From the NCBI GenBank assembly GCA_964655075.1, contig CAZZLD010000002.1, positions 166,795 to 230,794 of the forward strand: 64,000 nt of DNA. The letters run 5' to 3'. The notes beneath the pieces are model-generated. The model was not told the origin of the DNA, did no database searches, and saw only the letters and a program-made list of their open reading frames with translations. Of this stretch, positions 35,101 through 43,163 are shown in pieces. This stretch comes from an uncultured Candidatus Bathyarchaeia archaeon (lineage in GTDB: Archaea; Thermoproteota; Bathyarchaeia; Bathyarchaeales; Bathyarchaeaceae). The position numbers and the translations under genes are program-made. Position 1 is the first letter of the stretch. Each line of letters starts with the position of its first letter.

Positions 35101-36451
35101 CACGTGGCTAATAACGATCTTCAAAGATCCAAACGCCAACAATTATTATGATCAGTCCAGCGGGCTTCTGGTAGCCTTCGATGAAAAGTCTGTTTCATCG
35201 GATTATCACAGCAACTTGACGCTCTTAGAAACAAACATCGACGTCACCCCTCCAACCGTTCATGTTACAAGCCCAGTTCAAGGCGCCGCGGTAGCAAGCA
35301 CTAACGTTACCGTGAATTGGACAGGCGAGGACAATGAAACAGGAATCGACCATTACTCGGTTTATTTGAATGAAACGTTGGTCGGCAACACCACAGCCAA
35401 CTCCTACAATGTTTCAAGTCTCACTGAAGGATGGAACAACATAACTGTAGTAGCCTACGACAAGGCGGGAAACAACGCCAGCGACCGAATAAGCATATTC
35501 GTGGACCTCAACCCGCCCAACGTAGAAATTATCTCTCCCCATAACGGTTATGCAATAAACGTGGGCAATGTAACGGTGGAGTGGATCGGAAGCGACAACG
35601 AAACGGAAATCGCCCATTATCTGGTTTACCTTGACAACGTCCAAGTCGCAAACACAACTAACACGGTACACACGCTCACCGACCTTATCGAAGGCCACCA
35701 CACCATAAAGATTGAAGCCTACGATCGGGCTGGAAACATGCAAAGCGACGAAATCACAGTGATCGTGGATATGACGGTCCCCGAGCTGAGCGTGATCAGC
35801 CCTGAAAACGGCTCCTTCGTCTCTGACCACGTGACCGTGCAGTTTTTCGTCTTCGACGCCAACCTTCACAACGTAACGTATCAGATCAACAACAGCACCC
35901 CTATAGGCGTTACAGGCGAAACAAACTTCACAGTTTACACTGCGTTGTTCTCGGACGGCGCGTTCAACATCACCATAATCGTCATGGACAAAGCCCTGAA
36001 CGCAGTGAACCAAACTTTAACGTTAATTGCGGACAACACTGCGCCAGCAGTTTCCATCTTCTCTCCGCGGCAGGGCGCTGAACTGCTCGGAACAGCGACC
36101 ATAAATTTCTCGGCTTCAGACGCCAACTTGAAAGAAGTTCACTTGTATATAGACGGCGCTGAAGTCAACATAACCGGAACAACGGTTTACAGTTGGGACA
36201 CGGCAACCGCTGGAGACGGCGTCCACACCATACGGCTTGTAGCCATAGACAAGGCAGGCAACGCCGCCGAAGCCACCGTAACAGTAATCACTGCCAACCT
36301 GAGACGCACAGTTGAGGACACCCGAAACTTCTTCTTCATGCTCGGAACCGTTGCAGGAGTAATTATAGGCGCTCTAATGGTCTACTTCGCGAGAAGACAG
36401 AAACCCTCAACCCAGAAAGGATCGCCTAGGCGCCAGTTTATACTATTTTAA
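32120..36451 (+). CDS. 1443-aa anchored subtilisin-like (S8) serine protease with a multi-domain C-terminal extension
   Basis: Catalytic triad AVIDTGVDYNHPDL (Asp), HGTHCAGIIAA (His) and SGTSMACPYVTGVAAL (Ser). I9-like propeptide, two CARDB-like modules, an alpha/beta module, an uncharacterised domain, four Ig-like repeats of about 88 aa (35238..36295), and TM anchor FFMLGTVAGVIIGALMVYFARRQK. The true start may be the GTG near 32168. Confidence 0.92.
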   Translation: MLICFKREPTRQKVKIVKQAKALLMLFIVFEMVFPPISALGYAHTYEAADSSDLKDAKSVSPFSSIGGNWNFSRVAEWGNFACVDNDSAELVVGINNTRSENYAELVNLTTEKGGTIVNKVSLGGKPEAVVVDLPLDEVSPFADEVQQANLARYVEPNMKLHVDFVPNDPEWTKQWGPKKIEADYAWNTTTGNSSILVAVIDTGVDYNHPDLNDNYNSSGYDWVNNDSDPMDDNSHGTHCAGIIAAEINNSIGVAGLAQVRFMAEKAFNQSGGGLEDDVANAIIHAVDQGADILSNSWGDYEESQLIRNAIDYAYANGLLIIAAAGNEDTSSKLYPAAYDEVIAVTATDSSDTKASFSNYGNWVELAAPGVNIYSTIPVSRGSYGNKSGTSMACPYVTGVAALIWSKFPNVTRDWVRAQLRYTSDDLGASGFDQYYGYGRVNARRAVEEAPPSHDLLIIHSKISSAVELGENITADVTVFNFGFEDENNVTAQFLINGTTVDSVDVGFLASGTSTTVSCSWTPRTKGTYNVTAYVLPVLGENNTANNLVSSMVRVRYVEVALISDWTELSVLTPTLDSMGIDYDTYNYNEIYFYTANSSLLLSYPAVIFYKSASYYRLLTPREYSTLNTYLTHGGSLLVTGLDSLYSDALLADIVRSSSYGDDMNETDLFVVNASHPIMNGSYGSFSAGYNISGLFSDCDAVKADTTRNAVTVAELADGYDKIIATELHPGKVVFWNGDGTSDWTTNNDCKTMFKNTLAWFLTRYEHELVVSLGAPNYVEPGVAVFLNATVYNRGLNNETVDLFLLINGTVVNSTTLPNMMNGTSRTLSHLWMPTNLAAYNVTVHALPVSGESFTTNNVYSAYVVSRMPLISPKPGDYAHYIFRKFASTTNDTVVETYLWNFTYLEYVELHVMNVTIDVTALDAEGNHVTTTSYWMNVDTMTRWVETGDAGWEGTYYVGWVETGIGFGSEINLWTGTGTVMGTSNFTVDGRNFNTWLITIFKDPNANNYYDQSSGLLVAFDEKSVSSDYHSNLTLLETNIDVTPPTVHVTSPVQGAAVASTNVTVNWTGEDNETGIDHYSVYLNETLVGNTTANSYNVSSLTEGWNNITVVAYDKAGNNASDRISIFVDLNPPNVEIISPHNGYAINVGNVTVEWIGSDNETEIAHYLVYLDNVQVANTTNTVHTLTDLIEGHHTIKIEAYDRAGNMQSDEITVIVDMTVPELSVISPENGSFVSDHVTVQFFVFDANLHNVTYQINNSTPIGVTGETNFTVYTALFSDGAFNITIIVMDKALNAVNQTLTLIADNTAPAVSIFSPRQGAELLGTATINFSASDANLKEVHLYIDGAEVNITGTTVYSWDTATAGDGVHTIRLVAIDKAGNAAEATVTVITANLRRTVEDTRNFFFMLGTVAGVIIGALMVYFARRQKPSTQKGSPRRQFILF

Positions 36452-36454
36452 AAT
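36342..36454 (+). repeat. source copy of the duplicated 3'-end segment of the subtilase gene
   Basis: 36342..36372 and 36434..36454 are repeated contiguously at 41491..41542. The intervening 61 nt is bounded by the direct repeat taggcgc (36366..36372 and 36427..36433). Confidence 0.8.
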
Positions 36455-36475
36455 GTGCACACACGAATTATATTC

Positions 36476-36916
36476 TTAGTATTTGACAGTGAGATATAGC
36501 AGTACGGCTAATGCTACGCATGTAAATAAGTCTGGCAACATGGCAAAAGGTCCAAGACCGAATGCATGGAAGCCAAAAATCCAAGGCACCAAAGGATTGG
36601 AGACGAGAGCATAGAGAAGCAAGACCATTGAAAATATTATCAATCCAATTGTGAATTCTGAATGTGTCTTTCTGTATATGTCAATGTATGTGATCAACAA
36701 GAAGATCAAAAGTGTCGCATTGATTGTGGTAACTACAGTCTTAATTGTGTAGAATAACTCTATGTCCCCAGGAACTCTAGTAGGAGGCCACGTTCTATTT
36801 TCGAATGGAGGAGTTGGCACCTGTGTAATGGCTAAGAAAGCTGACAGCAGAGCCACAGCTACCAACGCTGCCAGTATTAGCCAGATTTTCATGTCTTTGT
36901 TCATATGATCGTTCAT
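36476..36916 (-). CDS. hypothetical 4-TM membrane protein
   Basis: 146 aa with four hydrophobic helices. Its start overlaps the stop of the upstream ArsR-like gene by 4 nt, implying an operon. Confidence 0.7.
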   Translation of the reverse strand: MNDHMNKDMKIWLILAALVAVALLSAFLAITQVPTPPFENRTWPPTRVPGDIELFYTIKTVVTTINATLLIFLLITYIDIYRKTHSEFTIGLIIFSMVLLLYALVSNPLVPWIFGFHAFGLGPFAMLPDLFTCVALAVLLYLTVKY

Positions 36917-37272
36917 TTATTCTTCTCCCTTTTTTCTTTTTTCCAGATTTTATTCAGAATCTCCTCGAACAAAGCGTAATTTTCCTCCATTTCTACAGAT
37001 AGAAAATATGTCATGCCATACCTATCTCCGGCGGATATAATTATTCTGTTCTTCTCAAGAACTCTGAGATGATGCCTTATCGTTCTATAGTCCATTCGGA
37101 GCAGATTCGCCAATTGATTTGCGTTTTGCGGAGCCTCCCTTAACGCCCTGATTATTTGGGCACGAGTTATGCCGCCTTTCGTGCCTGCAATGAGCCACCC
37201 TAGCAAATATTTCAACGAGCGCGTGTGAGAAGACATATATACCGCTCCGACTTCACGGACTTTTCGTTTCAC
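36913..37272 (-). CDS. ArsR-family winged-helix transcriptional regulator
   Basis: GITRAQIIRALREAPQNANQLANLLRMDYRTIRHHLRVLEKNRIIISAGDRYGMTYF forms an HTH plus wing. Confidence 0.8.
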   Translation of the reverse strand: MKRKVREVGAVYMSSHTRSLKYLLGWLIAGTKGGITRAQIIRALREAPQNANQLANLLRMDYRTIRHHLRVLEKNRIIISAGDRYGMTYFLSVEMEENYALFEEILNKIWKKEKREKNK

Positions 37273-37426
37273 TAAACCTATTTGAACTATGATAATAAAT
37301 TTGTCCCATCAACTGTTGCCAATTCTACGCGCGTAGATTAGGAATAGAATCGGGTCTAATTCTGAAAAATCCTTTAATAATCTGCCGCTTAAGGCGAGAT
37401 CGGACAACAGAAAAGAAGGATGATGA

Positions 37427-37717
37427 ATGAAAGAAAATCAAAAACGGGTAAAGTTTTGCCCAAAATGCGGCTCTTCAAACGTAACCTTCGCCGTCTTCTT
37501 CAAACCGTCAATTTGGAAATGTTTAGACTGTGGCTACGAAGGAGCTCTCATGGTTGAAGACAGCAATCTGCCGGAAAATATTCGAGAAAAATTTGCATAC
37601 GCCCACAAGCTGAGACCTGAGTGCACCAATACAGCAACTACCTGGGATAAACCATCGCAAGAGCCCAACTTCCCTTTTTTCTCGTGCCCATTTAATGTTT
37701 ACCTTGAGAGTGTATGA
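37427..37717 (+). CDS. small zinc-ribbon protein
   Basis: FCPKCGSSNV...(13 aa)...KCLDCGYEG. The tail overlaps the FtsX-like gene start by 23 nt. Confidence 0.5.
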   Translation: MKENQKRVKFCPKCGSSNVTFAVFFKPSIWKCLDCGYEGALMVEDSNLPENIREKFAYAHKLRPECTNTATTWDKPSQEPNFPFFSCPFNVYLESV

Positions 37718-39110
37718 ATTGGGTGTCCTGACAAGAGCGTTCAGAAACATTTCAAGAAGGAAAATCAGGGTTCTGTTAGTCGTCATCGCCTTGGGCTTCT
37801 CTATGGCAATCATGGCTTCTCTTCCCTCTGGCATTGTGTCAAACCAGATAGCTTCACAGAATATAGCTAGGAACTTCGAAAACACAATCACTCAGAACGA
37901 AGCGGCGCTAAACAAGACGTTAACAGAGTTAACTTGTAGTCTTTCTTCAGGCTTGGAGGGTTACGGGTTTGCCAGGGGCGGCTTTAATGCTTCTGGTGGC
38001 CCCGGTGGCTATGGCGGCTATGGCGGCTATGGTTTTGGCGAGAGTAGTAGTAATATGAATGAAAGTCTTTACACTAACATGTCTTCCATCTCTGGCGTTG
38101 ACGCGGTTGCGCCTATTCTACAAGTTTCTGAAGGAACCACCGAAACGATAATCTCCCCCTTTGGAGGGACATTTACTCGTCTTGTGGCCAAGTATGTGAT
38201 TGAAGGTATCCCCTTGGAATCTTCTCTCATCAACAATTATTCTATTCTGCCTACGAGTATAACTGCTGGAACAAACTTGCAGGGAGGAGAAAGCGGAGTT
38301 GTTCTCTTGAGTGAGAACAATACAGGATATTTTAACGCTGGGGTGGGTGATACAGTTACAATATTGGGATCTACTTTCAAGGTGGTGGGTGTCTATGAGT
38401 CATCTAGTCTGGTTGGCACGAGTGCGTTAACGCTATACATGAACCTCTCTGATGCCCAGAAAATAACTGACAATGTTGGGAATGTAACCCGTTTAGAGGT
38501 GTTTGCAAATAGCACTTCATATGTTTCCAAGTTAGCCACTGTTATAAGTGAGGCATATCCAGAACTCACCGTTACGACAGCGCAGGAAGAGCTAAGCCGG
38601 CTTCAGAGCATGCAGAGCCAGTACAGTAACAGTATCCAAAGTGCTGCGTCAACTCTCAGTCAAACACAAAATACCGCAATTGAGGAGATAGCTGTCGCAG
38701 TTGCGGCTACAAGTTTGATCGTCTTGGTCGTGATGCTATATACTGTACGTGAAAGAACCAAGGAGATCGGCATCCTTAAGGCAATAGGCTTCAGCAAATG
38801 GAATATCATGAGCCAGTTTATGATTGAAGGGGTATTGATGAGCTTGATGGCGGGAGTAGTCGGTATTGTAATAGGTTTTATTGGAGCACCCTATTTAATA
38901 TCGATTTTACTTCCCCACGTCAACCTATCCAGTGCGATGGGGTTTTCCAGATCGGGTGCATTTGCTGGGACATCCACGCCTGTTACGATAAGCCCAGAAA
39001 TGATGTTGGTGACTTTAGGAGCAGCCGCGCTACTGGGAGCCTTAGGCAGCCTATATCCTGCTTGGAGAGCGTCTAGAACAAGTCCTATGGAGGCGCTGAA
39101 ATACGAGTGA
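37695..39110 (+). CDS. ABC transporter permease, FtsX/MacB-like
   Basis: N-terminal TM, large extracytoplasmic domain, and C-terminal FtsX domain VRERTKEIGILKAIGFSKWNIMSQFMIEGVLMSLMAGVVG...YPAWRASRTSPMEALKYE. Confidence 0.88.
   Translation: MFTLRVYELGVLTRAFRNISRRKIRVLLVVIALGFSMAIMASLPSGIVSNQIASQNIARNFENTITQNEAALNKTLTELTCSLSSGLEGYGFARGGFNASGGPGGYGGYGGYGFGESSSNMNESLYTNMSSISGVDAVAPILQVSEGTTETIISPFGGTFTRLVAKYVIEGIPLESSLINNYSILPTSITAGTNLQGGESGVVLLSENNTGYFNAGVGDTVTILGSTFKVVGVYESSSLVGTSALTLYMNLSDAQKITDNVGNVTRLEVFANSTSYVSKLATVISEAYPELTVTTAQEELSRLQSMQSQYSNSIQSAASTLSQTQNTAIEEIAVAVAATSLIVLVVMLYTVRERTKEIGILKAIGFSKWNIMSQFMIEGVLMSLMAGVVGIVIGFIGAPYLISILLPHVNLSSAMGFSRSGAFAGTSTPVTISPEMMLVTLGAAALLGALGSLYPAWRASRTSPMEALKYE
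38007..38033 (+). repeat. 3 x 9-bp in-frame tandem repeat (GYG)3 inside the FtsX-like extracytoplasmic domain
   Basis: ggctatggc ggctatggc ggctatggt, encoding part of GGPGGYGGYGGYGFG. Confidence 0.8.
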
Positions 39111-39111
39111 A

Positions 39112-39885
39112 ATGGTTCTAGAAACGGAGAAAGTGGACAAGTTCTACAAACTGGGCGGGAGAGGAGTTCGTGCCTTGTCTGACGTAAACCTTCAAATAAA
39201 GAAGGGCGACTTCATTTCCATCATGGGGCCCTCCGGCTCCGGCAAAACCACACTACTGAACATATTGGGCTGCCTCGACAAACCGACCCACGGGAAAGTT
39301 ATTTTAGACGGTGTAGATGTCACAAAAGTGTCGGAGAGTAGCCTCTACAAAATAAGAAGACACAAAATTGGGTTCGTCTTCCAGACTTTCAACCTGCTAC
39401 CATACTTGAACGCCATCGAAAACGTGGAACTTCCCATGGAAGGCACGAAAAAATCGAGGGACGAAAAGAGGAAGAGAGCCCGCGAACTATTGAAAATGGT
39501 TGGGCTGTCAGAAAGAGAAGGACACAGGCCGCATCGGCTGAGTTCAGGAGAGCAACAAAGAGTTGCTATCGCAAGAGCGTTGGCGAATAACCCTGCCATA
39601 GTTCTGACAGACGAGCCCACCGGTAACTTAGATTCGAAAACCGGCTATGAAATCGTTAGGCTATTGGGCAAAATGAACGTTGAACAAGGAACCACCATTA
39701 TCATGGTAACCCACGACAGCCGCATGGCTTCGTTTGCAGGCAGAATGCTCTTTCTCAGCGACGGAAGACTGGCTGCAAAAGAGAGGCGAGGGACGCATCT
39801 TCTGGAGAAGTTCAACTGTCCCAATTGCGGCAAAAGAATTCAACCAGATTACGTGAGGTGCCCCTATTGCGGCAAAAAATTATGA
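39112..39885 (+). CDS. ABC transporter ATP-binding protein (MacB/LolD-like) with a C-terminal zinc-ribbon extension
   Basis: Walker A GPSGSGKTT, signature LSSGEQQRVAIARAL, Walker B VLTDEPTGNLD and H-loop MVTHD. The extra tail is FNCPNCGKRIQPDYVRCPYCGKKL. Confidence 0.9.
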   Translation: MVLETEKVDKFYKLGGRGVRALSDVNLQIKKGDFISIMGPSGSGKTTLLNILGCLDKPTHGKVILDGVDVTKVSESSLYKIRRHKIGFVFQTFNLLPYLNAIENVELPMEGTKKSRDEKRKRARELLKMVGLSEREGHRPHRLSSGEQQRVAIARALANNPAIVLTDEPTGNLDSKTGYEIVRLLGKMNVEQGTTIIMVTHDSRMASFAGRMLFLSDGRLAAKERRGTHLLEKFNCPNCGKRIQPDYVRCPYCGKKL

Positions 39886-39905
39886 ATAGACAGAGATGAT
39901 TACAA

Positions 39906-41120
39906 TTGGAGCTTCCTCAAAAACCAAAAGTAACACGCTTCTTAACCATTCTTATAGTAACAACTGTCATAGCCAGCCTATTCGCAGGAGGACTAATAAG
40001 CTATTTAACAACCTCAAAACAGATCAACGACCTGCAGAACCAAGTCTCGACACTCCAAAAACAACTCGCAAATCCTTCGCCCGTCCAAAACGTCACTTAT
40101 ATCTTTGGAAATAATACCTCTCTCTCCGAGTTATACAAAGAAATCAAAGACTCTGTTGTCATAATTCGTGGAGTCATAGTACAGACCACCTTTTTTGGAT
40201 CCTCCTACACGCAAGTTCAGGGATCAGGCTTCGTTTACAACTTCACAGGACAAATAGTAATCATTACAAACTATCACGTAGTCCAAGACGCTATCAACAT
40301 CACTGTAACTTTCATCGACGGAAACGGATACGCAGCAACGATTCTAGGCTCAGATCCATATGCAGATCTCGCAGTGCTTTCAACAGACGCCCCCCAGAGC
40401 GAATACAAGCCCCTCGAAATTGCCAGTTCATCAACCTTAAAGGTTGGCGACCCCGTAATCGCCATCGGCACTCCTTTAGGATACATCGGATCAATGACTT
40501 CGGGAATAATCAGCGCCCTAGGTAGAAGCGTCACGGTGAATTGGTCCAGCTACTCTATAGCTGATTGCATACAGACGTCAGCACCGATAAATCATGGCAA
40601 CTCAGGAGGACCGCTTATCAATTATCTGGGCGAGGTTGTTGGCATAACCTCCTACGGTGCAGTTGACCCAAGCACAGGAGAGTTAGCTCAAGGTATGGGC
40701 TTCGCGATTCCCTCGAATACGATACTGCGAGAAATTGAATCTCTAGTGACGGAGGGCTCATACAATCAGCATCCTTGGCTAGGCGCATCAGGGATAGACA
40801 TGACTTATGAAATCGCTACAGCCATGGACACCGACACCACATACGGTTGGTTAATCGTCCAAGTTGTGAGTGGAGGACCAGCCGATAAAGCGGGCCTACA
40901 AGGCGGAACACAACAGGTCCTAATTGCGGGAGAGTATGTAACGATCGGCGGCGACCTCATAATAGCGATCAACGGAACAAGAATCACTAACTTAGATGAC
41001 TTCTCGACTTACCTAGAAGAGTACACTTTACCAGGGCAGACAATCAACATGACAATAGTAAGAAACAACCAAACAATGACCCTCGCAGTTAAGTTAGGAA
41101 CGCGACCAAGCGTGACGTGA
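39906..41120 (+). CDS. membrane-anchored HtrA/DegP-family (S1C) serine protease with one PDZ domain
   Basis: TM FLTILIVTTVIASLFAGGLISYL. Triad contexts TNYHVVQD, ADLAVL and GNSGGPLIN. PDZ segment VVSGGPADKAGLQGG. Confidence 0.88.
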   Translation: MELPQKPKVTRFLTILIVTTVIASLFAGGLISYLTTSKQINDLQNQVSTLQKQLANPSPVQNVTYIFGNNTSLSELYKEIKDSVVIIRGVIVQTTFFGSSYTQVQGSGFVYNFTGQIVIITNYHVVQDAINITVTFIDGNGYAATILGSDPYADLAVLSTDAPQSEYKPLEIASSSTLKVGDPVIAIGTPLGYIGSMTSGIISALGRSVTVNWSSYSIADCIQTSAPINHGNSGGPLINYLGEVVGITSYGAVDPSTGELAQGMGFAIPSNTILREIESLVTEGSYNQHPWLGASGIDMTYEIATAMDTDTTYGWLIVQVVSGGPADKAGLQGGTQQVLIAGEYVTIGGDLIIAINGTRITNLDDFSTYLEEYTLPGQTINMTIVRNNQTMTLAVKLGTRPSVT

Positions 41121-41413
41121 GTATCGTGAGACTGGGTGATGCGATGAATAACAAAGACCAAGACGCGTGCGCGTTACCTACTAAATTGCTGTTGGAAAGC
41201 ACGTTAATTCTGCTTCGTAATTCAACTTATAAGTGTGGAAAATTAGAACGGCAAATCGTGCAATTTCTCCAGCGGAAACTCCGCAAAGCAACGGTGAAAT
41301 CGCTACTGAACAACTTCAAAAATATGGGTGCCCGCGCGCGCCAGCGCATCTACGAGTCCATACGGCGACTGCACCACAGAAAAATTATAGAAATAAAAAA
41401 TGGTGGACCTTGA
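41117..41413 (+). CDS. hypothetical small basic protein, possible wHTH
   Basis: 98-aa ORF overlapping the htrA stop by 4 nt. The segment ATVKSLLNNFKNMGARARQRIYESIRRLHHRKIIEI is HTH-like. Weak evidence. Confidence 0.4.
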   Translation: MSIVRLGDAMNNKDQDACALPTKLLLESTLILLRNSTYKCGKLERQIVQFLQRKLRKATVKSLLNNFKNMGARARQRIYESIRRLHHRKIIEIKNGGP

Positions 41414-41490
41414 GGCTTAACGAGGCATTTTCGATAACAAATCTTTTCGACAATTGAATCCGATTTTCATGTATACGCATTTACTTAACG

Positions 41491-41542
41491 TTCGGAAACA
41501 TTGCAGGGGTAATCATAGGCGCCAGTTTATACTGTTTTAAAA
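41491..41542 (+). repeat. degraded duplicate of the subtilase gene 3' end (TM-anchor coding region plus stop region)
   Basis: tcggaaacattgcaggggtaatcataggcgc|cagtttatactgttttaaaat aligns with 36342..36372 plus 36434..36454. About 47 of 52 positions are identical by eye. Confidence 0.8.
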
Positions 41543-41556
41543 TTCGTGCGCAAGAT

Positions 41557-42534
41557 TTAGAAGTAGTCTAGGTTTGTCATGTAGAAATTTCCGCCGTATA
41601 CCTGATGGAATTTCGCATCCTTTAACGGTTTGACCATGAGCACGCCGTGGCTTTTATCTTGAATTTGGTAGCCTCTGGCTCTATAAACTCTTAGAATTTC
41701 TTTATCCAGTATCATTCTGTCGCAGACAATTGCTTTTGCCTTTTTCTCAACCAGTTCAAGGAGTCGTCCAATTGTTTCTGTAGAAGCGGCAACGATTTCT
41801 AAAACATTCGCGACCCCTCTATCCTCTGTACGCACAACGGCGTACCCATTTTCCAGTATGATAAAGTCTTTGGAGCGTAGTCTGTGACGGCTTTTAAGCA
41901 TTTTCAAATACTGCTTGTAACGAATAACCAGACCAGTTCTCCCACTGGAAAATCTGTTGTATATATCGAGGATTCTGTTCCAGTCAAGCACTTTTGTTTC
42001 GGTTTTTCCGGGTTTTTCTGTTTGAACTGTCTTGTAACCGCTGGGAAACTGCAACGTCTCGGCATATCCCAGCTTACGATAGAACCCGTGGGCTACGAGC
42101 CCCCTGCTCGTAAATAAGAAGGAAAACTGGTAACCCTTTTCTTGGAAATACTGATGCGTCTTTTCTATTAAGGCTGTGGAAATTCCTCTTCTAACGTGGC
42201 TTGGAAGCGTGGTTACGCCCCATATTCCACCAGCGGGTTCGATTTCACCGGATAAGTTCCGCGAAGTTAAATCCATTACACCAACAAAACCAACAACACG
42301 GTTGTCCTCAACTGCCGAATAACCCACTGGGCTGCCTCTCAGCCGCGGGTTTATCTTAACATTTTTCTCGAATTCTCTCAGGTTGAAAGGCCACCTGAAA
42401 GCCTGATCCATTAATGGAAGAAGACCATTCTTTACGGACAATTCCCGATAAGATAAGATTCGCACGTTTCTTCTCCAGCAAAATTCATAGTACAGAAGCA
42501 TGAGATAAGTTTTTACACTGCATTGCGTGTGCAT
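41557..42534 (-). CDS. GNAT-family N-acetyltransferase with a C-terminal extension (Eis-like layout)
   Basis: VVGFVGVMD...GIWGVTTLPSHVRRGISTALIEKTHQYFQEKGYQFSFLF...HGFYRKLGY. The true start is probably internal (for example M at 42501). Confidence 0.8.
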   Translation of the reverse strand: MHTQCSVKTYLMLLYYEFCWRRNVRILSYRELSVKNGLLPLMDQAFRWPFNLREFEKNVKINPRLRGSPVGYSAVEDNRVVGFVGVMDLTSRNLSGEIEPAGGIWGVTTLPSHVRRGISTALIEKTHQYFQEKGYQFSFLFTSRGLVAHGFYRKLGYAETLQFPSGYKTVQTEKPGKTETKVLDWNRILDIYNRFSSGRTGLVIRYKQYLKMLKSRHRLRSKDFIILENGYAVVRTEDRGVANVLEIVAASTETIGRLLELVEKKAKAIVCDRMILDKEILRVYRARGYQIQDKSHGVLMVKPLKDAKFHQVYGGNFYMTNLDYF

Positions 42535-42600
42535 TCCAGATGATAACAGTTAAAGCTCATCGTCTCTTTAGATTTCGGGCAGTCCGATGAGGGGATAACT

Positions 42601-43134
42601 GTGGCAAAGTTAGGAGTTCCTTTGACCGCGTATGCTGAAGAGACTGTACGTGCTCTTGGCAGTTGCGGTTGTCTACTCGTCTCGGGGAGCATGCGGAAAG
42701 CTAACGTGATGACTATCGGGTGGGGGCTCATAGGTCCTTTGTGGAATAAGGCTTTCTTTTTGGTGGCGGTGCGTCCTTCAAGGTATACCTACAGGTTTAT
42801 GGAAGAGGTGAACGATTTTACTGTTAACGTTCCCAAAAGAGAAATGGAAGAAATCGTTGACTATTGTGGTTCTGTCTCTGGAAGGGAACACGACAAGTTT
42901 AAAGAGAAAAGATTAACCCTGACGCCCAGCAAGAAAGTCAGCTCCCCAATAATCTCCAACTGCATAATCCACTATGAATGCAGAGTCGCCTACAAGACGA
43001 ACGTTGTCGCAAGTGGACTACCTAGAGACATTCTCACAAGCAGTTATCCAAGCGGAAATTACCACACTCTCTACTTCGGAGAGATCCTAGCTACACACGC
43101 CAACGAAAACACCAAACAACAACTCCCCATCTAA
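42601..43134 (+). CDS. flavin reductase-like (FMN-binding split-barrel) protein
   Basis: ANVMTIGWGLIGPLWNKAFFLVAVRPSRYTYRFMEEVNDFTVNVP...YCGSVSGREHDKF. Confidence 0.8.
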   Translation: MAKLGVPLTAYAEETVRALGSCGCLLVSGSMRKANVMTIGWGLIGPLWNKAFFLVAVRPSRYTYRFMEEVNDFTVNVPKREMEEIVDYCGSVSGREHDKFKEKRLTLTPSKKVSSPIISNCIIHYECRVAYKTNVVASGLPRDILTSSYPSGNYHTLYFGEILATHANENTKQQLPI

Positions 43135-43163
43135 ACCTTCATTATACGCGCGTCCTATTAAAC

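Noticed and set aside
35414-36013. 199-aa minus-strand ORF, plus many other 60-140 aa ORFs inside long CDSs (for example 37..348, 7675..8094, 15452..15730, 25953..26240, 33478..33759, 45592..45959, 50006..50350, 54515..54888)
   Set aside because: All of these are antisense or out of frame within CDSs that carry strong family motifs. Their biased compositions (Val/His/Arg-rich) are characteristic of shadow ORFs.
39896-40114. 72-aa ORF overlapping the htrA start
   Set aside because: It is out of frame with the HtrA TM and N-terminus, and its low-complexity Thr/Asn/Lys-rich translation is not credible.
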